DNA from: Sedimentisphaerales bacterium
Lineage (GTDB): Bacteria; Planctomycetota; Phycisphaerae; Sedimentisphaerales; Anaerobacaceae
DNA length: 64,000 nucleotides
Assembly: GCA_040772485.1 (NCBI GenBank)
Contig: JAXGYC010000007.1
Coordinates: 416,001-480,000 of the forward strand
Direction of reading: 5' to 3'
Numbering within the stretch: the first letter of the stretch is position 1; the number at the start of each line of letters is the position of its first letter. The notes under the pieces were generated by a model. That model did not search any database. It was not told the DNA's origin and worked only from the letters and a program-made list of their open reading frames with translations. The translations under genes and the position numbers were made by a program. Below, piece after piece: positions 53,301 through 61,042 of the stretch.

Positions 53301-53678
53301 ACCCAGTGTCCGGCCAGCGCGACCAAGTGCCCCGCCACGGCTACGGAATGTCAGGTATTCCCGACAACGTGTCCGGCGGTCGAGACGCAATGCCCGGCGG
53401 CGGTAACAAGCTGTCCGGCATCGGTGACACAATGCCCGGCAACGGAGACTCGGTGCCCCGCATCAGCAACCACCTGCCCGGTGATCAGCACATCGTGTCC
53501 AGCGTCCGAGACGATGTGCCCCGCGACTCTGACCCATTGCCCGCCCACGAACACGTCGTGTTCGGCCATTAACGTCACGGCTGAGGTTGGCGCTGTGCGG
53601 CGTCCAATGACGCAGACCTGCCCGGCCGTAGAGGCGGAGTGTCTCAGCGTCGCCGATTACCTGGCGACGGCGCGGTAG
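50397..53678 (+). CDS. Large secreted protein: signal peptide, DUF7901-like module, two GEVED modules, second DUF7901-like module, Cys-heptad repeat tail
   Basis: GGAGGG RBS. Duplicated module (WPQLPNL...ADDFLC...IHLWASF / QQPDL...ADDFKC...IRLWGSW). DLGDAP...WCDWNRDGDW...GETEDY and DWGDAP...WIDFDADGIW...FARFRIS...GEVEDH. C-terminal CPAxxTx repeats. Confidence 0.85.
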   Translation: MTMRGSTESRSLGAVLPVIFIVIAGLMSSGLAQSMGDCGWQDGPFHKMHWPQLPNLTATGSAVSLTGATVADDFLCTATGPIRGIHLWASFRSDDLPKEGADSLTIRLNLYAGVPAEGPKWGQPGELLWTRTFSPGRYTVQAVHNGPQDWHDPTTQAYTWADHRQTYQYDFSVQDDPFMQQEGNTYWLAVGVVESDTNCALGWKTTSRRWQWSDSAVCLTQSQWSWIPVGYPDGHEDAGAPIGLAFVITGGDDTAPEYDLGDAPDSTGNFPAVKVPAYPCGVAGSFPTVYQAGSPPYGPLHRQPRDAFYLGARVSLESEADLGPDEDGLNNLDPPSDASNRDGGDDGLGLPVVMPHLGQTTLTYTLTKTSHLAQAVYVNVWCDWNRDGDWNDTILATDGTWIAEWVVQDHQPNVSEPGTFTFTTPAFTCWHPVADNGDPIWVRIIASEQSWQDAIAAPRVGGAGPAVGYQYGETEDYYLRPLHEPIAVQYDWGDAPTGYPTLSAHNGARHIAAGPWLGGEQDAPDAENDGCPQAGALGDDNTGRNDENGVAIPPLVQGLDASITVQVNGGGGIVQGWIDFDADGIWQADEKLYDTFLPDGVHVLSLNVPEDATVGQTFARFRISNSGDLDPQGLAATGEVEDHEVWIEAMLSNVKCCQQPDLTPHGIALRIDGDQESPRAMADDFKCTSRDRLTHIRLWGSWKNDQKGRIDLVRLRIHADDPAGPEGADRTNAFSKPRPEILWDKQFGPGAYQESLYHATTLGGRWWWDPASGQAICDDHTQVWQLDFAIDPEEAFLQEGSEQAPCVYWLSVEVQTTGGQFGWTTRRWPDHFMDDAVSDLGSKLPRPWQELRYPKGHPYYDCRQNSIDMAFCLMYSANGSGEPVTSRPATVTYCPAIETMCPATETKCPATATRCPAVETQCPATETQCPPMPTRCPAVATECPANITQCPTMETMCPATETKCPIAITQCPASATKCPATATECQVFPTTCPAVETQCPAAVTSCPASVTQCPATETRCPASATTCPVISTSCPASETMCPATLTHCPPTNTSCSAINVTAEVGAVRRPMTQTCPAVEAECLSVADYLATAR
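53076..53579 (+). repeat. 21-bp (7-aa) coding tandem repeat, 24 units, consensus C-P-A-x-x-T-x
   Basis: Cys codons exactly every 21 nt from 53076 to 53559. Pro at position 2 in 22 of 24 units; Thr at position 6 in 23 of 24. Confidence 0.95.
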
Positions 53679-53813
53679 CAGGTCGCATTGCAATATTGTA
53701 GTGACGGTCAGTCAGGCAGGGTTGCTGCAGAGCAACGCAAGCATCTGGGGCGACGATGAGGACGCCGCGGTGTCTCTCTATCGGTCAGGGCGACACAGGC
53801 AGGCCTTTTCGCA

Positions 53814-53842
53814 TTGCCCGGCGTTGAGAACATGAGGATAAT
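53814..53842 (+). promoter_or_regulatory. Candidate promoter, possibly leaderless, for the membrane-protein pair
   Basis: TTGCCC-N17-GATAAT ending 6 nt before the GTG at 53849; no clear SD. Confidence 0.4.
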
Positions 53843-53848
53843 CCACGC

Positions 53849-56452
53849 GTGTACCCGGTTGAACATGAACAAGACGAACGACGGGTCGTGGATCCTCCGG
53901 CCAACGCTCCGGCCACCTTTGGCCTGTTGCTGGCTGTGCTGTCAGCCTTGGCCGGGGCGTGGATCGCCGCCGGCTCGACGGGCCTTCTGGCTCATCCACT
54001 CCGGCGCATTCTTGTCCTTGTCGCGCTCGGCATCGCGCTCTTGGTTCCCGGTGTTGGCACGCGGCGTCCGAAGCTGCGAGTGCTCCTGACCCCATTTGTC
54101 GCTTGCGCGGCTATCGCCATGGTCGCTCTGACGTCTCCGGCCGCAGGCGTCATGGGCGCCGCCGTCGTTCTCGCGTTTCTCGCGTGGGTATCCACCGACC
54201 AGAGCAGAGACGTTCTGCACGCCGGTGCTGCGGCAATCGCCTTGTTCGGCCTGTATGTCTTCGCCCGCACCGCCATCCCCTCAGTTTGGCGGCTCGCCGA
54301 CTTCTTCGGTGGCGCTCTCGGGTCTCTGGTGGGCATCGTCGCGCGCCGGCCACTGCACGTCGGCGCGACCTTCGCCGGCGTGGACTTCCCGATCATGACA
54401 AGCGCATTCTGGGCTCTGTACATGGTCCACACGAAACCGCCCCGTGCAGCGCGGGCAGCACACGGCTTTGTGGCGATCGTCCTTGGCCATGCGATATATC
54501 TCGTCGCATTGGCATATGTCCCCGACGTTCTCGCTGCCATCCCGCAGCCGGCCGATCAAAGCGTCGCGCTCGCCGCCTTCCTGCACAAGGCGCTGCCCTG
54601 GAATGCGCCACTGCTGGCGTGCGCCATTCATCTTCTCCTGGTCGGCACGATGCTTCGCTGGGCCGCATGGGCCCCTTCCGCCGCCAGCGAATTGGCAGAC
54701 CGACCCGCTCACTCGGCCTGGACCCGACTGGCGCTGGCCTCGGCGGCACTGGCCCTCGCGATTCTCCTGCCGATCGCTGCGACGCTGAACACGCGCCCTC
54801 TGAGCGTCGAGGGCAAGAAGATTGTGTTCTACGAGAGAGGCTTCGTGAACTGGCTCAAGCCGACCCACGGCTCGTATGGCAGGCTGTCCAGTGGGATGTA
54901 CGGAATGCTGCCGGTCTTCGTCGAGAGCCTCGGCGCGCGAAGCGTCCTCTCGCCGGACCTGTCCGAGACCGATCTGGCCGATGCCGATGTGCTGGTGCTC
55001 ATCTTCCCCGATGAATCCTGGGCCGACGGCCAGTTGCATCGCATCCACGATTTCGTCCGTCGCGGCGGATCGCTGCTGGTGATGGGCGAACACACGACGG
55101 GTAATGCTGACGGCGAGAACCGATTCAACGAGACGCTGGCGCCGACGTCGATGCGCGTGCGCTTCGACTCGGCCACTTTCGCGGCCGGTGGATGGCTGCA
55201 CTCGTACGAGACGCTCGCCCATCCGACCACGATGGGAATCTCTGACGATCGCAACGAGTTCGGCGTGGTCATCGGGGCCTCAATCGCAGCGAGGCGGCCC
55301 GCGCGGCCGCTGCTCGTCGGGCGATGGGGCTTCAGTGACATTGGAGACGAGGCCAGCGCCCAGGCCATGATGGGAAACAGCCGCTACGACCCCGGCGAGA
55401 GGCTCGGCGACATCGTGCTGGCGGCGGAGCAATCGGTCGGCAAAGGTCGCGTCATTGCCTTCGGTGACACCTCGGGCTTCTCCAACGCGATCAACGTCTC
55501 ATCGCACGTTTTCACGTCGAGGCTTCTGGCGTATCTGGCCGGCGGCCCAAGCGCCCAACCGATGTGGCGACAGCTCGCAGGCATGCTGATCGCGCTGCTG
55601 CTGGCAGTCCTGCTCTGCCTGCATTCAAGTGCAGGGAAGACGGCACTGGTCGCGCTGGGCCTGGCTGCATCTGCAACAATCTGTATCCACGCCAGCGCCG
55701 CAGCCGTGAAACCGCTGCCGGACGGACGCCGTACGAACCCCAACAACCTGGCCTACATCGACGCATCTCATCTCGAAGCCTTCAGTGGCGAATCCTGGCG
55801 GCCCGACGGCGTCGGGGGCCTCGCGCTGACGCTCATGCGCAGCGGTTACCTGACGCTCTCGCTGCCCGAGCTGACGCCCGAGCGTCTCGAACGAGCCGGA
55901 TTACTCGTTTCGATTGCGCCAACCTGTGCGTTTTCTCGCGATGAGATACAGACCATCGCCGATTTCATCCGCAGCGGCGGCACATTCATCATGACCGCCG
56001 GCCGGGACCGGATCGAGGCCAGCCTGCCCTTGTTGAGAGAACTCGGGTTCGAGCCCGAGCAGGCCGGATCGCCGGAGCCGATACCGTTGGGACACTTCAA
56101 GTCGCCCTATCTCGAATCCAACGGCCGCCGGGTCTACGTGCGCTTCCATGCTGCCTGGTCTGTGCGGTGCGCCGACCCGAACGCGCGCGTGATCGCCTAC
56201 GGGCGAGACAACCAGCCTGTCATCATCCTTCGCAGGATCGGGGCCGGCAAGGCGGTCCTCGTCGGCGACACGTGCTTTGCAATGAACAAGAACCTCGAAT
56301 GGGAAAGCGGCGAGCCGTTCGAGGGACTCCGCGAGAACGCCGACTTCTGGCGGTGGTTCCTCACAGCGCTGCGCGATGAGCCTATGTGGCTTCCGGAGGC
56401 GGTTCGCGAACAGCCCGCCGCTGGCGCGTCCGGCGAGGAGGTGACGCCATGA
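53849..56452 (+). CDS. Polytopic membrane protein with two GATase-like (DUF4350-like) soluble domains, paralog A
   Basis: About 9-10 N-terminal TMs. LADADVLVLIFP...FVRRGGSLLVMGEHT...GKGRVIAFGDTSGFSN, then 2 TMs, then a second domain (FIRSGGTFIM...GAGKAVLVGDT). Start codon uncertain. Confidence 0.75.
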   Translation: MYPVEHEQDERRVVDPPANAPATFGLLLAVLSALAGAWIAAGSTGLLAHPLRRILVLVALGIALLVPGVGTRRPKLRVLLTPFVACAAIAMVALTSPAAGVMGAAVVLAFLAWVSTDQSRDVLHAGAAAIALFGLYVFARTAIPSVWRLADFFGGALGSLVGIVARRPLHVGATFAGVDFPIMTSAFWALYMVHTKPPRAARAAHGFVAIVLGHAIYLVALAYVPDVLAAIPQPADQSVALAAFLHKALPWNAPLLACAIHLLLVGTMLRWAAWAPSAASELADRPAHSAWTRLALASAALALAILLPIAATLNTRPLSVEGKKIVFYERGFVNWLKPTHGSYGRLSSGMYGMLPVFVESLGARSVLSPDLSETDLADADVLVLIFPDESWADGQLHRIHDFVRRGGSLLVMGEHTTGNADGENRFNETLAPTSMRVRFDSATFAAGGWLHSYETLAHPTTMGISDDRNEFGVVIGASIAARRPARPLLVGRWGFSDIGDEASAQAMMGNSRYDPGERLGDIVLAAEQSVGKGRVIAFGDTSGFSNAINVSSHVFTSRLLAYLAGGPSAQPMWRQLAGMLIALLLAVLLCLHSSAGKTALVALGLAASATICIHASAAAVKPLPDGRRTNPNNLAYIDASHLEAFSGESWRPDGVGGLALTLMRSGYLTLSLPELTPERLERAGLLVSIAPTCAFSRDEIQTIADFIRSGGTFIMTAGRDRIEASLPLLRELGFEPEQAGSPEPIPLGHFKSPYLESNGRRVYVRFHAAWSVRCADPNARVIAYGRDNQPVIILRRIGAGKAVLVGDTCFAMNKNLEWESGEPFEGLRENADFWRWFLTALRDEPMWLPEAVREQPAAGASGEEVTP

Positions 56453-58989
56453 GACGGGCCTGGATCGGTCTGGCGTTGCTGAGCGCATCCTGGCTGTTCG
56501 CTCTGGGCTACTATCACGATCCCAACTGGGCGATCTGGGCGCTCCTCGTGCTGGCGGGCGTCGGGCTCCTCGTCGGCATCAACCTCCGCGCGCCTGCACA
56601 CATCGAATCCGTTGTCGCGGCGACGTTATTGGCGCCGGTGGTGCTCCTGGCTCCGTGGCCCTGGCGGGCTCCGGTGCTGCTTCTCGTCGCCGGCCTGTTG
56701 CTCTGTGTCGCGCCGATCCCGAGGCGATGGCCGCGTCGGCTGGGCCTGGCCACACTGACTGCCGGGATGATCCTCACCTTCCAGGCTGCCGGAATGCTCG
56801 CCTACGAGAGTATGACGGCGCGGTCGCACGAGCTTCCCTGGCAACTGGCCAGAATGCTCCACGGGATCGCGCATATCCTCGGGATTCCCGTCGCCCTCGA
56901 TGGTACAACCCTGACGCTATACTCTATTCGACATACCCATCGCCTCGGCACGACGTGGGGCCTGCTGCTGGACCCCGTGACATTCAACTTCCTCGTTGGA
57001 GGCGTGGTGCTGCTCTGCCTGCGAACGCCCGCAACGTCGCTCGCCGGGATTCTCAGACACGGAATCTTGCAGTTGCTCGGCCTGATCCTGTGCATCGCTC
57101 TCTGGCTGCCCGTCCGGGCGGCGCTCCTGGTCGCGGTCCACATGCACCGCGCCCTGCGAACGCCATACGAGGCGCCGCTGGCCTTGATGGGGCCCTTCTG
57201 GAATCCCTGGGTGCTGTTGCTGCTTCTGGCAGGTCCTGTCTTTCTGGCATGGCGATTCGTTCGCATACCGATCACCGAACCGACTCGGCCGATTGCTGCG
57301 CCGGGACGATCGAGGCGCATCGTCTGTGTGGTCGTGGCATTTGCAGGCGCGCTGCTCGTGACAATCGGACTTCTGTGGGCCCCCTCGGGCCCGCGTAAGC
57401 AGGGCCGCATCTGGGTGGACGAGCACCGCTCGACGTGGGAGCGCACCGACCGGCCCTACGATCCCAACTGGTACGGCCAGGATTCCGGATACAATTACGC
57501 GTGTATCTACGACTATTGCTCCCGTTGCTATGACATGGGCCGGCTGAACGCGCCTATCGACGCGAACACCCTCGACGGATGCGACGTCCTGATGGTGAAG
57601 GTGCCGACGGCGCGCTATACGCCGGAGGAGATCGCGCAGATCGAACGGTTCGTCGAGACCGGCGGCGGCCTCCTGCTGGTCGGCGAGCACACCAACGTCT
57701 TCAACTCGGGAACCTATCTCAACGACATCGCCACGCGGTTCGGCTGCCGCTTCCGATATGACTGCCTGTTCGACATCGACACACCCTTCGAGCAGCTCTA
57801 CCGCCTGCCGCTGGTGCCGCACCCGATTGTCCAGCATATGCCGCCGATGGATTTCGCCGTCTCGTGCTCCATCGAGCCGCAGTCGAGCGCCGGCCGGGCC
57901 GTCATTCAGGCAACGGGCCTGCGAAGCCTGCCGGCCGACTATCACGCGAGCAACTACTATCCCCAGGTCGAGGATCGGGCCGATGCGAGATACGGCGCCT
58001 TCCTCCAGTTGTGGACGGCCGATCACGGCTCCGGCCGCGTCGCCGCGTTTGGCGATTCCACGATCTTCTCGAACTTCTCGACGTTCGAGCCGGGCAAGGC
58101 CGAGCTCATGCTGGGCATGCTCGAATGGCTCAATCACAAGTCTCCATCGCGGGATGCCAGGCCGGTCCTGATCGTGCTTGGCGTCCTGGCCGGCGCGGGT
58201 GCTCTGGTCGTCGGCCGGACCTGGCCCGGCGCCGGATTCGTCCTGGTCAGCGGCGTCCTGCTGGGCGTCACCACCGCCGGCCTGGCCGTGCGAGCGATGC
58301 ATCAAGCTGCCATGCCGGCGCCCAAGGCAGGTCGGCCCTTCACCCACGTCGTCATCGACCGCACTGTCTGCGATTCGCCGCTGTCGAGAAGCGGCTTCAT
58401 CGCCGGTCAGGCCGATGGATTCGGGATCTTCGAACGGTGGATTCTCAGGCTGGGCTATTTCACCTCTCGGCGCAGCGGTCCCGCCGCCTTCTCGGGCGAT
58501 CTGCTGGTCTTCCTGTATCCAAGCAAGGGAGTCTCCGCCGACTTCCGCAGACAACTGGCCGACTACGTTGACGGCGGCGGGCAAGTCCTCGTAATCGACG
58601 CTCCGGCCAACACCGGGTCCACCGCCAACGCCCTGCTGCACCCGTTCGGCATGCGAATGGTCAACACCCCCCTGCTGGCCGGGCCGCTGGAGGCCCCGGC
58701 TGGCTGGCCCGTCAACGTAACGGCTCGAAACGCCGGCCGGATCAAGGGGGGCACGCCCCTGATCCGGATCGCCGGCCAGCCAGTGGCCGCGACCGCCGAA
58801 TTCGGCAAAGGGACCGTCACCGCCATCGGTTTCGGCGCCCAGTTTGCCGACCTGAACATGGGAGTGACCGCCGATACGATCCCCGATGTCGCGATGCGGA
58901 ATCTCTACGAGCTCCAGTTCCAACTGCTCCGCTCGATCGTCTCCGACGCCGGACCGTTTGGAGCCGATCCGAACGCAGCAGGCTGGTGA
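56449..58989 (+). CDS. Polytopic membrane protein with two GATase-like (DUF4350-like) soluble domains, paralog B
   Basis: ATGA overlap with A and GAGGAGG RBS. Many TMs. LDGCDVLMVKVP...FVETGGGLLLVGEHT...GSGRVAAFGDSTIFSN, then 2 TMs, then a second domain (YVDGGGQVLVID...GKGTVTAIG). Confidence 0.8.
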   Translation: MRRAWIGLALLSASWLFALGYYHDPNWAIWALLVLAGVGLLVGINLRAPAHIESVVAATLLAPVVLLAPWPWRAPVLLLVAGLLLCVAPIPRRWPRRLGLATLTAGMILTFQAAGMLAYESMTARSHELPWQLARMLHGIAHILGIPVALDGTTLTLYSIRHTHRLGTTWGLLLDPVTFNFLVGGVVLLCLRTPATSLAGILRHGILQLLGLILCIALWLPVRAALLVAVHMHRALRTPYEAPLALMGPFWNPWVLLLLLAGPVFLAWRFVRIPITEPTRPIAAPGRSRRIVCVVVAFAGALLVTIGLLWAPSGPRKQGRIWVDEHRSTWERTDRPYDPNWYGQDSGYNYACIYDYCSRCYDMGRLNAPIDANTLDGCDVLMVKVPTARYTPEEIAQIERFVETGGGLLLVGEHTNVFNSGTYLNDIATRFGCRFRYDCLFDIDTPFEQLYRLPLVPHPIVQHMPPMDFAVSCSIEPQSSAGRAVIQATGLRSLPADYHASNYYPQVEDRADARYGAFLQLWTADHGSGRVAAFGDSTIFSNFSTFEPGKAELMLGMLEWLNHKSPSRDARPVLIVLGVLAGAGALVVGRTWPGAGFVLVSGVLLGVTTAGLAVRAMHQAAMPAPKAGRPFTHVVIDRTVCDSPLSRSGFIAGQADGFGIFERWILRLGYFTSRRSGPAAFSGDLLVFLYPSKGVSADFRRQLADYVDGGGQVLVIDAPANTGSTANALLHPFGMRMVNTPLLAGPLEAPAGWPVNVTARNAGRIKGGTPLIRIAGQPVAATAEFGKGTVTAIGFGAQFADLNMGVTADTIPDVAMRNLYELQFQLLRSIVSDAGPFGADPNAAGW

Positions 58990-59140
58990 GGCAGCGTGCC
59001 TGGGCCGGGCGGCCCCTCTCACGACAATCCAAAAAGTCTCTGCACACGTACGAGCGGAGGAATTTTGCCCGAATCGAGCGAAAAACTCCCAGAAATCGTC
59101 ACATCGAGACGCCTCGCCTGACTTTATTATATAGCCGAGG

Positions 59141-61018
59141 ATGTTCAACGAAACGGATAACGTCGAGTTGGTGCGGAAGGCGCAGCAAGGTGACCGTGCG
59201 AGTCTGGATCGCCTCGCGGAGACAGCAAGGGTCCGTCTGCACGAATACGTGTTCCGAATGACCCTCCACGAAGACCTGACGGGCGACATTGTGCAGGAGA
59301 CGATACTGGAAATGCTCCGAATCTTCAAAACGCTCCAATACCGGGAGAAGTTCTGGGGTTGGCTGTACGGGATCGCGTTCAACAAGGTGCGGCGTCACTA
59401 CGGCAAACAATGGCGGCAGCAGAGGCTTCGCCGCCGGGAGGCCGAACGAGAATCCCCCATCCCCATCGCGAACGACGTACTGACCGAAGTCGTCACCGAC
59501 GAACTGAAACAGATCGTCCTTACGTCGGTTCAGCAGTTGGCCCCGCGACACCGGGCAGTGCTGACGCTGCGCTGCTACGACCATCTGTCCTACGCCGAGA
59601 TCGCCAGGCTGATCGGCTGCACGGAGATCGGTGCCCGAGCGGTCTTTTATCGCGCCAAGAGATGCCTGGCTGGCCTGCTGTCGGAACACGGCCTGGGCAA
59701 AGGGTCCCTGCTGCTGGCGCTGGTGGCATTCGGCAAGATGACGGCGGCCAGCACGGCGAGCGCGGCCCAGGTGGCCATCACGGGCGCGACCCTGCAGGTG
59801 GGCCCGCTGGCGGCTGTGCTGGCGATGCTGACGGGCAAGACCGGGCTGATCGCACTGGCGGCCGCCGGAACAGTCGCTGCCGCGTCGGTGGCCATCTCCC
59901 CGCAGACCCTGCGTGCCGTCCTGCCCGGCGACGCACGTCGGACGGACAGCCTGCCGGCCAGCCCCTGGCAGGCGGCCTCGACGCAGCTCCAGGAGTGCTG
60001 GTACTACTTCCCCGAGGGAGGGCAGACACCCGTGATGATCCGCCTGCTGGAGCCGGACGCCGGCAAGCCGGCGGCTGCCTGCCGCATCCTCCAGAATCAG
60101 TATGCCAATTACCACTACGATGATGACGCCGAGACGATCCGCATCAAGAACTATCACGCCTGGAAGCCCGATCTGTCGGTGACAGGTCTGCCGACAGACG
60201 ACCCGGCGCTGAGCCGGTTCCTCGCACAGGTCCAGGGGCACGCCGCCGACGTGGAGCTGACCAGAAATCGCGCTGCCGGCCTGCTGGTCATCTGCCGCCA
60301 TGAAAGCGAGCGGGCCGGGCAAATCTGGCGGATCGACCGCCATATGAACGTCCTGGACGAGGAGTACTTCCATTTCAGTTGGCCCGAAACTACGCCAGTC
60401 GTCGACGACCGCGACGCCATGCACCGGCGAGGCTGGACTTTCTTCCAGATCGACGGCAGCATCGGTGGTCGGGACGTGTCCGGGACGGGCCGCCTGCCAT
60501 TCGTCTATGCATCGGCCCGCAACCATTACCCCTGGCTGAGAATCGAGATTGATGGCCGGCAGACACACGTCGACACGCCGCGAGGCGCCGGTCGCCATGA
60601 CCGGACCGGCCGTGCCATAGAGCGTCTGCCGGGCGGCAGCTTCTTCCAGGGATTGCCGAGGCCCTGGACGGGCCTGCACTGCATCGACACGATCCGCCGG
60701 GATGCGGCCCAGCAGCGTCTGCGGTTCGAGACCGACCGCCAGGACGATGGCACGCATGTGAAGGTGATCGTGCACGCGATGCCGATCGGCCTGGTCTACA
60801 CGGTGGACATGCAAACTGATATAGTTGATACGATCGAGCTCTTCGAGGCGACGCCCGTCGAGGCGAATCGCATCGGTCGGCTGAGTTTTGCGTATCTCCA
60901 GGAGATCGCTGCGCCGACGGACCGGTCGTTCGACGCTCCGCGCGAGCCACGATCGGGCCCGGCTGTGTCAGATGGAACCGGCCTGCTCTGGCTGACGCAA
61001 CTGGCTGGCGGCCGATAG
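59141..61018 (+). CDS. ECF sigma factor with hydrophobic segment and long C-terminal extension
   Basis: Region 2: ELVRKAQQGD, DIVQET, FWGWLYGIAFN. Region 4: LAPRHRAVLTLR...LSYAEIARLIG...RAKRCL. Then an Ala-rich hydrophobic stretch and about 350 further aa. Confidence 0.85.
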   Translation: MFNETDNVELVRKAQQGDRASLDRLAETARVRLHEYVFRMTLHEDLTGDIVQETILEMLRIFKTLQYREKFWGWLYGIAFNKVRRHYGKQWRQQRLRRREAERESPIPIANDVLTEVVTDELKQIVLTSVQQLAPRHRAVLTLRCYDHLSYAEIARLIGCTEIGARAVFYRAKRCLAGLLSEHGLGKGSLLLALVAFGKMTAASTASAAQVAITGATLQVGPLAAVLAMLTGKTGLIALAAAGTVAAASVAISPQTLRAVLPGDARRTDSLPASPWQAASTQLQECWYYFPEGGQTPVMIRLLEPDAGKPAAACRILQNQYANYHYDDDAETIRIKNYHAWKPDLSVTGLPTDDPALSRFLAQVQGHAADVELTRNRAAGLLVICRHESERAGQIWRIDRHMNVLDEEYFHFSWPETTPVVDDRDAMHRRGWTFFQIDGSIGGRDVSGTGRLPFVYASARNHYPWLRIEIDGRQTHVDTPRGAGRHDRTGRAIERLPGGSFFQGLPRPWTGLHCIDTIRRDAAQQRLRFETDRQDDGTHVKVIVHAMPIGLVYTVDMQTDIVDTIELFEATPVEANRIGRLSFAYLQEIAAPTDRSFDAPREPRSGPAVSDGTGLLWLTQLAGGR

Positions 61019-61042
61019 CCAAACGAGAAAGGAGTTGGGGTC

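Noticed and set aside
52811..53578. Alternative-frame repetitive ORFs (52811-53572 +, 53072-53338 -, 53351-53578 -) as separate RiPP precursors
   Set aside because: By-products of the in-frame 21-bp repeat; no RBS or leader support.
53076..53579. 21-bp periodic DNA as a possible CRISPR array or non-coding repeat
   Set aside because: No repeat-spacer structure and no cas genes. Conservation is at the amino-acid level within an open frame.
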